Of a DNA stretch of 64,000 bases, positions 52,997 through 64,000 are shown piece by piece. The DNA is from Amoebidium appalachense. Its lineage: Eukaryota > Protista > Ichthyosporea. A program made the translations under genes and the position numbers. The stretch lies in contig CAVNZM010000001.1 in NCBI GenBank assembly GCA_963693365.1, forward strand, positions 3,922,907 to 3,986,906, in the 5' to 3' direction. Numbering within the stretch: the first letter of the stretch is position 1; every line of letters begins with the position of its first letter. The notes below the pieces were generated by a model. The model ran no database searches and was not told the DNA's origin. It worked only from the letters and a program-made list of their open reading frames with translations.

Positions 52997-54639
52997 CCTT
53001 TACATACAATTTTCAGTAGCGCCACGTCTGGGCTCACAGTGAAAATGAATGTCATGAGTAGCGAGAAAGTATACGTCTCCAGATTAGTGTTTGGGAGGAG
53101 CAACCCCGGGGTTAGACACTCTGAATTTGCTGCGGACGCTGGCCGTTTTGCCCAATAAGAAATAACGAAAGCATGAATAGGAGATCTGAATGGATACTGG
53201 CTGACAGTGTTGCCAGAATACATGCACACAGTATACCAGCAATATATGCACCCATTGTGAAAGCCCGCTTGGCCCCGGGCCATGCCATGTGTGTCATGAC
53301 CTGCAGAAGTTCATACGAGGCTACCAGGGCCAACTCGGTCCGGATGATTTTGCATTCACAATACCACAAGGCACATGGCCTCAACCACTATGCTCGAGCC
53401 GCCAAAAGCAAATTTGCGCGTTGACCATGTTGTGTGTGTGTGTATGGTACCGGGGTGATGGTGGTGTTGCATGGGATATTCAATCTTTTTTTATTGTTTT
53501 TTTATTAATAAAAGAATTATTTGGTGGTGGGCTATGGGCTCGGGACCGTTGAAAAGGTTTGGCAAAAAAGATATACAAGTGTCTAGATAGATCTGCAGGA
53601 GTAACATTCCCATTCGAGGTAATGACCAGGTCACCGATCGACATCGGTGATACCCAGTTGCAATATTGATATGCGGATTTGTGTGTGTGCACGTGACGTG
53701 ACACCGTGCGTGTGACATGCATGTGTACATGTGTGTGTATGGGTGGGTGGGACGGTGGGTGGGTGATGAGTGGATGAGTGCATGGCCGGGGTGGCCCGTG
53801 GTGGTGGTGGGAGGGGAGGGCCGGTACCCGCGGGGGGGGGGGGGGGGGGAGTCCCACTGATCATGAACTATAGCCAAATATAAACTGGCGCCAGGAGCTC
53901 AGGCCTTTTCGGCTACACAGCTGCAGCTGCCCTGTATAGGTCATGATCATTGATGTCATCCGCAGTCGCACATAAGCAAAAGTAATAGCACTGCAGTGGC
54001 TACGAAAGGCTTTTCTTCTGTGTTCACAGCTGCAGAGCTCAGCTGCAGTGCGTCACGCGGGCCGTCCACCGCGGTCATCTGCGCAGCATCCCAGGTAATT
54101 TCACAGATGTTTTATTTCTTGCTAGACTCTCAAAGTGAAAGTACTTTTTGCACCGGATCACGTTTAAATTGCATACCAACACACTGATCAACCCCCCCCC
54201 CCCCCCCCCCCCCCCACCCCCAAAAAGAAAAAAAAAAAATAACCGAACCAAAAGCCTTCGGAGTTCCGGTAGAAAACGGAATGAAGAATGGCCTACCCTT
54301 CAATTTTCTTATCGACAGCACACCAGAATAAGAAAACATCTCCTGTGTGTCCAAGAGGTCTTTAAAGCCCACGTTTCACCTAATGCATCACGACGTCGTG
54401 CACCGTGTCTGTGCATGTGCGCATGTGAGTGCATGCGCCCATTTGTGTGTGTGTGTTAATAATTACAATGTCAATGCGTCTGAGCCATTGCAACACTTCG
54501 AACCATGGCATATCAAAAACCAAAATGCATGCAAACAAACACGTGTTGACCTCACATAAATATATTCTTATATTTCAGAGACTATCCAACAGAATATCTC
54601 ACTAAACATCACACACCATCGTAGCCGGGTCGAGGTGAT

Positions 54640-55507
54640 CTAGATGGGGCCACCCACAGCCAGCTCTAGTCTCTGCAACCCCAGCACACCATATCAGCTG
54701 ATATACAAAAGGGCAGGCAAAAAAAAAAAGAAAACCCCTGGGTGGGTGGGTGGGGGGGGGGGGGGGGGGGGGGGACGGGGTTGACCATGGGTAACCTGCA
54801 GGAAATGTGTGGTGCATGCAGAACAAGGCGTAAGGGCAAGGTATGGGATGGCTACATGAACGAGAACCAGGTACTTGGCTCACACCCGTTTCTTCTGGCA
54901 AACATGGCCACAGAGGGATAATACCGCTTGTTAGAACCTTCCTCAAAAAAGGCCAAAAAACACGTCCCTCATCTGGTCCCAGCCACGGGGTCTTGTCATA
55001 CTTTCGTTTTTTCCTTCCTTCCTTTCTTTCTTTCTCTATTCTTTCTTATTCCTTTCCTTTTTTTCTTCTTCTGTTTTTGGGGCATATACCGGGTCGTGTT
55101 GCTCATGGAACAGCCAGTCAGCAGCCGTAGGCATGAGGCCCAGACTGTGTGCCTTGTAGAGGGGCACACCCAGCGACACCAGGTTGAGGATCACAAACAC
55201 GACCTTCTGCATGTTGAACGACTGCTCCGTGCCAAGCGGTGCAAACGCTGTGGTGTGTGTGTACGTGTGTGCGTGTACGTGTGTGTGTGTGTGTTTGCGT
55301 GTGTGTGTGTGCGCACGTGCAAGTGTGTCCGTGTGTTGTGCAAGTGAGTTGTGTGTGCATTGTAAGCATGTGTGTAAGTGTGCTGCGCGCGTGTGTAATG
55401 TCTGTGTGATTGTATTGTGTCTGTGTAGTGTATGTGTATGTGTATTGTGTGTGTGTGTGTGTGTGTGTGTGTTTGTGTCTGTGTGGTGTATGTGTATGTA
55501 TGTGCGC

Positions 55508-55577
<70 letters not shown>

Positions 55578-56255
55578 ACGCACGCACGAGTGCATGTATG
55601 TGTGTGCGTAGTTGGGTTGCATGTTGACGGAGCAAGGGGATGGGAAAGTAGATGTGAGATAGCCGGTGCCGGTTTCTTTTTTTCCTTATCAGTAACCAAG
55701 GGTGATGATTGAGTGAGGTGGTGATGGGGGGTGGGGGGGGGGGGAAGTCACGGAAGGAGCTAACTGTAGTGTGTACTGGGATGTGTGTATGTCTTTATGC
55801 GCACGTTTGCGTGAAAAGTGTGTGCGTGTGTGTGTGTGCCAAAGCAATTGTTGTGTGTATGTGCCTTTCCCAGTAAGCGTGATTGTGCATGTCAGCAGAT
55901 GTTGTGCATGTGGTTACATAGATGTGCGCGCACGTGAGTGCATTGTTTTGCACACACATCCTCTCTGTGTGTATATATGCATCCATGGATGTAAGTAGGT
56001 ATATGTACAACACCTCTCTCTCCCTCTCTCTCCACATCTCTCTCGTGTGTGTGTGTGAGTGTGTTGGGCGGAAGAAGGGGTTGGTCGGCCTCCCTCCCTC
56101 CCTATCTCTCTCTCTCTTTCTCTGTGTGTGTACGTGTGTGTGTGTGTATGCGTGCGTGTGCATGTTATGTGGTGGCTTGTGTATGTTCGTGTATCCGTGC
56201 ATGTTTGTGTGTATACACATGTGGGTGAGTGAGTTGACTGAGTGAGTGAGAAGTG

Positions 56256-56321
<66 letters not shown>

Positions 56322-57696
56322 AGTGCTGAGTGCGAGTGCGAGTGCGAGTGTGTGATGAGTGTGAGAGTGAGAGTGTGAGTGTGAATGTCTGTGTGCAAGG
56401 TCACACGTACTCTGCTGCACGGCACCCAGGCCCTTGATTGGGGTTGCAAACATCATGACAAGCATGATCATGGTGAAGATCTGGATGCTGCCCCCCATCA
56501 TCCACATCATAAACAGGTTCATCGGGATAGCCTTGATCGGCCCCTGCGCTATCTCCCACGCTTTCTGTATGTGGCATCGGTGGTTTGTTAGACAAAAAGC
56601 TCATGGTGGGCGATGGTGATGGAGATGTTGGTGGAGGTGGTGGTGGCTGGGGGGGGAGGGGGGGGACTAGGCATATGTTAGAGTTCAAGGTACACATGTT
56701 CACGACGGACAACAAACCTAGAGTATGCACAAAAAAGAGCTTCAAGAAGAGAAAGCATCATAAGTAGGGCCCACTCTCCAAGGGGAAAGGGGGGAGGGGG
56801 AGGGGGGGGCGGGGGGGGGGGGAGGGGGGGGACTGTGAGTGTGCACCAGACCATAGCCTAGAGGTGTACACTTTCGAAGAGGGAACGTCACCATGTGTAT
56901 GTGAGTGTAAGTGAATGAGTCAGAAAGTGAGTTTGAGTGAGTGAGTGAGTGTGTGTGTGTGCATGCACCCGTACATGAATCCCACGTGTGTACTCGTGTA
57001 CGCAGAAACACAGAAGCTGCAGGTGCACAAGTGCCTAGCCCACACAGGGAGGCGGCAAAAGGGACACACAACTAGACTAGAAATGCCCACATGATAGTTG
57101 GAAGCAACAATACGTTCACTTCGGCATGTATGCATAAGAGGCGCCACGTACTAACACATTCTCATAGCACACCTGTGTACACTCTGCTATAATCTCCCCC
57201 CCCCCCCCCACCGCCTCCCCCCCACTGGCACCTCCCCCCCCCTTCCCCCCCCCCTCCCCGGCCCCGCCGGTTGCCCAACCGATTCCTCACTATCCGCATT
57301 CCCCGCGCTAAGCCCAACAACACACAAACAAACTCGCAAAGAGTAAATCACATCCTAAACCAGCCCTGCCTTTCGCTCTACCTCTTTCATTATGCTTCCA
57401 CCCCTCTTCCCTTCCACGCTTTCTCCAAAAGCCTTCCCCCCCCCCCCCCCCCAACCATATTTCATCATCTTCCGACTCGACTCCATCTGGGAATTCCTCC
57501 TAAGCTGTTTGATTATCTACATGCTCGTTGCCACACACGTATACGTCCTTTTGCGTAAAGCGAAACACGCGATTCTAACTGTCACATACATAGGCACAGG
57601 AAGTTACAGTGAGCTCCACTCGGTGCATATTTCTACAGTCATCCGTGGAAAAATCCCTACGTGCAAGTGTATGTGCCTGTACGAACGCGCGCGCGA

Positions 57697-57753
<57 letters not shown>

Positions 57754-58420
57754 CATGCACAGCACAGTCACTAGCAAACACCCACCGCCTCACGCAGCTG
57801 CACCAGCCTCTGTGCCTTGTTTGTCTGGCCTGCCTTGTGCTCCTGCAGCAAAATATCAGCACATGTACTCCCCACAAAAGGCTTCATCTGTATTGCTTTC
57901 GATTACAGTTAGAGAGCAGATTACCAGAAAAGCTAAGGCGGAGTCTTGTCCGTGTTTCTTTCATCTCCTTCACACACACCGACCCACTTCTCTGCTCCTA
58001 CAGCCCCTCTGCTCCTCCTACAGCCCCTCATCCTCTCCACCGCTTTGTCCCCCCCCCCCCCCCCCCTTCCCCCCTCTTCCCCTCCCCCCCTCCCCCCCCC
58101 CCCCCCCCCCCCCCCCGTCTCTCCCCTCCCCCTTAACCCCCGTATAACACACACTCACACGCACACAACCCACGGACGCATGCACGCTCAACACACCTTC
58201 CCCTTTTCCAATTTCGTAACTTATTTCCTCCCACCCAAAATGATGTTCTCCAAGATCTTGTTTAGAACACGTCCAAATCAAGCAACCCTCAACCACATAC
58301 CTCACTGGTAGCCTGCAGGTTATAGCCCACAAGCAAAAGGCTCTTCTCGTCTGCCCGGCTCACAGCGTAGTCGCCCTTTTCACTCATAGCGAGCGCCCAC
58401 GGACTCTTCCTCTCCTTCAT
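54640..58420 (-). CDS. EMC4: ER membrane protein complex subunit 4, 5 exons
   Basis: Exons 58420-58301, 57842-57786, 56564-56411, 55247-55090 and 54672-54640. Motifs KAWEIAQGPIKAIPMNLFMMWMMGGSIQIF and LYKAHSLGLMPTAADW. Confidence 0.92.
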
Positions 58421-58704
58421 TTTAGGCGGCATATTGGCGCTCTATTATACTATAGTTAACTATATTCTGATATGGATGTTGTAGGGAGCATGTGAGGAGT
58501 ATATTAGCTAGCTATATAGCTACCGTGACGAAGAATGAAAAACGAAATTTAAAAGCCGGACTTCTCAAATTCGAAAGACTTCATACGTCCGTCGACTGTA
58601 ATAGAAGGTCTCTGTGCTAAAATTAGAACTTCTGAATGTTTTAGAAGCTATGAATATATAGGTGACAGAGGGCCGAAACGCCAAACGATTGCGTAATCAG
58701 TGAT

Positions 58705-58762
58705 GATGGTTCAGCCAATCACAGGTGGAACATTACGTAAGGCAAACAGGTATAAAAAGGGG
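58705..58762 (+). promoter_or_regulatory. CCAAT box plus TATA box in the divergent EMC4 / Gln-rich gene intergenic region
   Basis: agccaatca at ~58713, ttacgtaa at ~58733 and TATAAAAAG at 58751. Confidence 0.6.
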
Positions 58763-59126
58763 AAGCTTGGTCTCCACAGCCCGGGCTCCAGATAGTAACA
58801 CTTGTCGCAGGAATTTGGAGGAGCGAAAGTTGTCTTCGACTTGTTAATCTTTAATGGTCTTAGTATAAGGGTGTGCTCAATATTATAGTGTAAATCGTGT
58901 AAATGAGGTACAGCATATTAATATGTTCTGTAGGTAAGGGAAGGCGCAACAGTCCACGAAAAACCAAAAAAATTAACACAAAACAGAGGTGGTCTTGTGC
59001 TGTTATCAGTACTGCGAAGAGGGGGTATAGACATAGTTTACTCAGTAACCGCGTGAGCGCGCTTATATTAAAGGTCATAGGCCACGCATAGCTTCCGTTT
59101 CTGCCTGGGGGCGACACAACGTCCTC

Positions 59127-62116
59127 ATGAACCACTGGGTGGTAAGTTGTTCACTAACGAACAGGTGGTCACGGGGGGTGGGCAGGCACAAATTATATCC
59201 ATGCGCTGGAGGGGGGGGGAGTTGGCAGGAGGAGGGGGGGATGGGGGAAGAGGGCTGCACAGTTTCTATGTTGTAGGCTCAGCGTGTAAGCTGTCGCCCA
59301 TTAATGGCAGCTGACCACAGCTGAACAAAAACAATAAAATAAGAAAGAGAGCCTGGAAGTGCCTGTTCACGGTGCTCGGCCAAGCAGAGTTGCTTCACTC
59401 TCCTTTTTTGTTATTTAGCCATATCCAACTGCTCTATAACTGCTTATTTCGACACCCCACTGTGCCACATTCACATCTTCCTTGTTCCCGTGGGCGGTTT
59501 GTCCGCCTGCTTGGTCAGGTGCTGTCGTGCCTCCGTTTGTCTTATTCCTCTGCCACACACGAACGAGGATTCTTAATGTGGTTAATGTTTTGCTGCAATT
59601 TAATGTGCCTCCTGGAAACAGGGCTACGGCCAGGGGCTGCAGGGCAGCGGCGGTGGCCAGGGGGGTCAAGTACCCATGGGCCATGGCCAGGCAGGTGTGT
59701 GCGCCCATGTCCAGAAAGCATGTCTGTGACCGATTTAGGTGCCCAAATAACAAAGTGCAGAAAGAAGAATGTACAAGCCTTTATACTTTTCTTCGCCCCG
59801 TCCTCTTCCCCCCCCCCCCCCCCCCCCCCCCCCGGGGACCCCTTCCCTTGGGGAGGCCGTGCCCCGCTCATGTTGCATACATCGTGTGTTTGCTTTTGCG
59901 TGTCATCCCACATTTCACACGTTGTTCTCCTTGGCTATGCTTGTGCACGTGGATCGTACAGCTCTTTCCCCCCTCCACCACGCAGCGCTCTCCCATTCGT
60001 TTCTCTGTGTGCTGAGTTGCTGTTTTCACTGGCAGGTGGAGTGGGAATGTATGGGCGGACACCTGCTCGGCCCCAACAGCAGTCACAGTGGGGGACCGCC
60101 GGTATGTAATTGCTGTGTGCATATCAGTCGTGTGGCTAGATGGTGGCTCAGCGTGGATGGTGGTGGTTGTGTGGCTATTATGCTTGTGGGTAGGTGTTGG
60201 CGTCGAGTTAAACGTGCTGGCTGTGAAGTGTTTGTGGTTAGGTGGTGGTGTAGACATGACTGGTGAGTTGGGTGTAGTTAAACGGCCACACGTGTTTTTG
60301 TGTGCATGTGGAAAGCTTTCATTACTACGTTTTATAAAGAAATTCATAGAAGTGTTTTTTCTTCCTTCTTTTTTTTTGTGTGTACCGCCATTTTTGTTCT
60401 TTGGAGCTGGAGGCTAGGGTTGGGTAGGTGATGGGGTTTGCACTGTGTTGTCCGTCGTAAATGTGTACTTCATGCTCGATACACATTCTACCCGGCTCCC
60501 CTTCCCCCCCCCCCCCCCCCCCCCCCCGTTTGTCCTGCTCTCTTCCTATAGTTAGTTCTTTCCTTCTCTTCTCCGTATCCATTTCTTTCTCATTCCTCCT
60601 TTCTGTGTCTGCTGACCTATTCCCCCCCCCCCCCCCCCCACCCACCCCCGCCTTCCCTCTCCCCTTCCCCCTTTCTCCTGCATTCTTCCTGTGGTTACGT
60701 TTTTGCCCTTATTCTTTCTTTCTTCCTGCCCTTATCTCTCTTCATTCTTGTTTCTTTCCCACTGAACTTTCTTCTATTTTCTTTCGAATCCTACCCAGTT
60801 TTCTCTCTTCTCTTTTTCTCTTTTCTTTCTTTCGCACTCTCTTTCCCCCTTTGCATTTTTATCCTTTTCTACTCAACACTCGCTATTCTCTTTTTCTTTT
60901 CCCCGTTTTTTCTACCCATTCATTTCCTTCCCTCTTTCTCTGTTTTTTTGCAGGCAACCAGTTTGCCATGCTTCTTCAGTGGCTGATCAATAAGGCCATG
61001 ACCGACCAACGTGTAGCCCCCGCCCTAGAATACTTCAACAGGGCTCAGGTGAGGGCAGGGGGGGAGGGGGGGGGGGGGGGGGGGGGGGGGGGATGGGATT
61101 ATTGAGCTCAGACGAGTATTATTGACCAAAGGGAGGAAGGCGGGGGTGGGATGTAGGTAGGATAGTGAGGGGTGGGGGGTGGGGGGGGGGATTGGGAGGG
61201 GGGAGATAGAGAGAGAAAAGGAGGGTGGGATGTAGGTAAGATGGAGAGGGGGGGGTGGGGGGGGGGTGGGGGGGAGGCTGGGATGTAGGTAGAAGATTGA
61301 GAAAGGGGGGAGGGAGTGGGATGTAGGTAGGTAACAGAGAGAGGTGGAGGAGGGAGTGATAGAAGGTCGAGACAGAGGTGGAATGTGTGGCGAAGGTGGG
61401 GGGAAACACGGAGGAGGAAGAGGAAGGCACGGGCTGTCTGGGGACATTTACGAAGCTTCAATTTGCAGCTGCAATCTATGTACACTCTCGGGCGTATGTG
61501 CTTGAAAAAAACGTGCATGCAGGGGTGGGGGTTGAGGGTGGTGGTGGTGGTGGTGGGCGGGGGGGGTGCGTGGGGGGAGGGGGGCGGGGGAGGGGGGGGA
61601 GGGGGGCTTGCTAGGGATAAAAAGGGCTATGAAACTCGGACATGTATGTACGGGAATTGGGGAATAACTTACAACAATCTGCACATTTTCCCCACCCCCA
61701 CCCCTAAGCTCTTTTCCTTCCCTTCCAATTCAGAACCGGCCCATACACCCTTTTTCCGTTGTGTAAACATCCCATCCCTCCCGCCCCCTGTTATTTTCCA
61801 CGGCCATGAATCCTGTTGTTTTATCTGACTGGGTGGTGGATGGTAGGCGCTTGAGCTCTCCCTGCCTGACCTGCTCCATGTGATGAAGAACTTTGGCATC
61901 AGCATGCCCCCCCAGCTCAACGAGGCCACGGTCTACCAGGACTACAAGAGATATGTCGATGTAAGTCCCCAACACCCCTTGGCTCTGCTTATGTAGCATG
62001 CTACGTGTTGCTGATGTTGCATACTTGCCTGCTTGCTTTTTCTTGAGATTTGCTTCTCTTGTGCCCTGTGCCGTGCTTCTCACCGTGTAGCTGTACTTCA
62101 TGCCCTGTTGCCCATT

Positions 62117-62161
<45 letters not shown>

Positions 62162-63566
62162 ACGGGGGCTTTTTTTTTTTTGGAGCCATCTGTACCCCAC
62201 TGACGACACGTTTTGGTCTCTGGACCATGTTTTTTTTTGGTCGTGCATCCTGTGTTTCGTTTTGCATGCCTTTCTAGGGGTGATAAGACCCGCCCCTTCC
62301 CCCCTTTCCCGCCCACGTTTCCACCTTGCTTGGAGTGATTGCAGCCTTTATTCAGGCACCCAAACAAAATCATTCACGTCCCCCCGCTTACTGCTGCAAC
62401 TTTAACCCCCGGCCTTTCCCACTGCCCTTGCCTGCATAAGCAACCCTGCTCGTCTCTGATCAAGACGGGTGACCTACTCATGTTCAAGTGAAACAGTATC
62501 TGAGTTGGGTTTCGTTAACGAGGGGAATAGGTCGAAACTCGGGTACTGTGGATGACGTGGGCCCCCCCTGAGGATGGGCTCTGCTTATTATGCATACTCT
62601 TTATGTATGGCTTGCATTCTGCATCGTGTTATCCGTTTGTTCTTGTGTACTTCGTACTTTTTGACGCATTCAAACCCCCCCCCCCCCCCCCCCCCCCTTC
62701 ATGGCCCAACCATCCTGCCAATCACCCCCACCACATACATGTGTAGGCCTGTGTGCTAATGATCATATGGGTGGGGCTTGCAGTATCAGAGTCTCAAGCT
62801 GGTGGCAAACACCACGGCCCAACGCGCCAACATGGCAGCAAACCGAACAGGGGTGATGGGCAGGACAGGGGGTGCAAACATGTATGCATCTGCACAACAA
62901 CAACAACAACAACAGCAACAAAATTACGACTATGACAGTTACGACACTGATGGGTTGCAAGAGGTGACAAACAACGTCAGTTACCTGGGAACACGCACAC
63001 CCCTCCAGTCGGCCCTCTCACAGCAACAACAGGGAACTACGGGCCAGTTTCCTACCACCCCTTCTCCGGCGGCAAGCAGGGAGCCACAGCTAGCAGCGCA
63101 ACTCAGACAACAGCAAATACTGCAACAGCAACAACAGTTGATGGCTCAGAGGTCGGGTGCAAGCGCCGCACAGTTAATGGCGGCACAGCAAGGCACACCC
63201 TTCCAGTCTCGTGTGCCCACACCATCCCTCCAACAACAGCAACAACAGAGACAGATGGCCACCCAGCAAAGACAGACGCAGGACCTACTCACACCACAAC
63301 CCGCACATCCTTTCGGCGCCGTGCAAACCCCGCGACAACCCCCACCCCGCACCACCACGCCTACGCCCACACCTCAGCAACAAGCACCCATGCACCCCTC
63401 ACCACAACTCAGTCAACAGAGGGCCCACTCCCCGTATCCCTCCACACCGGCTGCCCCTGCTTTTGCGCAAGCAGGCATGGGGAATGTGGGGGCGGTGAAG
63501 ACAGAGTCCCCCCAATACTCACAGCCCTGCACCCCAGCTGCACATCAAACTGTGGTGCCCCCATCG
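59127..63566 (+). CDS. Gln/Gly/Pro-rich protein with a short helical (possibly RST/TAF4-like) domain; 3' end lies beyond the window
   Basis: In-phase exons 59127-59141 (tentative), 59622-59694, 60036-60101, 60954-61048, 61847-61960 and 62784-63566. Helical block NQFAMLLQWLINKAMTDQRVAPALEYFNRAQALELSLPDLLHVMKNFG is followed by poly-Q low complexity. The product identity is tentative. Confidence 0.7.
61142..61335. repeat. Dispersed GGGATGTAGGTA minisatellite within a G-rich intron
   Basis: Four copies of tgggatgtaggta separated by G/GA-rich spacers. Confidence 0.75.
62488..62674 (+). mobile_element. Short interspersed element, copy A (187 bp, may extend further 5'), followed by a poly(C) tract
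   Basis: gtgaaacagtatctgagttggg..ttttgacgcattcaaa then a C-run from 62675. Matches copies B and C. Located in the intron between exons ending 61960 and starting 62784. Confidence 0.85.
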
Positions 63567-63719
63567 GTAGGTCCGGGGGGAGGGGGGGGGGGGGGGGGGG
63601 GGGGGGGGATGTTGCGGTTGTACATGAAGGCCTGTAAGGATTTGGGTGAGGAGAAAGACTGTGAGTGTGTGTGTGTTTGTGTGTTTGTTCTGGGGAGGTG
63701 GAGGACGGGGGAGGGGTGT

Positions 63720-63783
<64 letters not shown>

Positions 63784-64000
63784 GGGATAGATTTCAAGCA
63801 GTGACATGTTTGAGCGGTTGGGCAAGCGCTGCGAGGAACATCAGAAGCTCCTTCTGTTGGTACTACATGTCACACTGATCCCCTCCCCCCCCCCTCCCTC
63901 CCCCCCCCCCTTCCCCCCCTCCCCCTCGGGGAAAAATCCTCCCTATCCCCCCCACCCCCCCTACCTAGACACACACAACCACACACCACCACCACCACCA

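Noticed and set aside
58320-58350. Suspected frameshift in EMC4 exon 1
   Set aside because: On re-reading, the exon (58420-58301) is 120 nt and open.
62488-62674. Element as canonical hammerhead ribozyme, snoRNA or SECIS
   Set aside because: Stems I and II cannot be formed around CUGAGGA/GAAA. There is no terminal C box or ACA tail, and SECIS quartet geometry is missing.
62552-62746. [20 protein letters not shown].. appearing three times in the ORF track
   Set aside because: It is a translation of the repeated element. It has no stop of its own, runs into poly(C), and is not conserved in the diverged copy D.

Overview
Intron-rich eukaryotic genomic DNA. ACC motifs such as [11 protein letters not shown] and WLDRLI suggest a unicellular holozoan or other opisthokont protist, but this is inference only. 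Introns are packed with (CA/TG)n microsatellites and poly-G/poly-C runs, which explain most ORFs in the supplied track. Eight spliced genes were reconstructed by hand from GT-AG junctions: a TPT-family transporter (+), a secreted histidine phosphatase (-), a 27-exon acetyl-CoA carboxylase with one apparent 1-nt frameshift (-), a CHSY-like GT31 glycosyltransferase (-), a 14-exon CASTOR/POLLUX(DMI1)-like channel (-), the RNA polymerase I/III subunit AC19 (+), EMC4 (-), and a Gln-rich protein with a possible RST-like domain that runs off the window (+). Mobile DNA includes a hAT-like MITE and a TTAA-flanked piggyBac-like MITE. The most notable signal is a ~187-bp non-coding element in three essentially identical copies, one 5'-shortened. 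Each copy is intronic, co-oriented with its host gene, and ends in TTCAAA directly against a poly(C) tract. A diverged relative ends in TTCAAA just before a (TG)n tract and keeps the same motif spacing and a similar predicted stem-loop.
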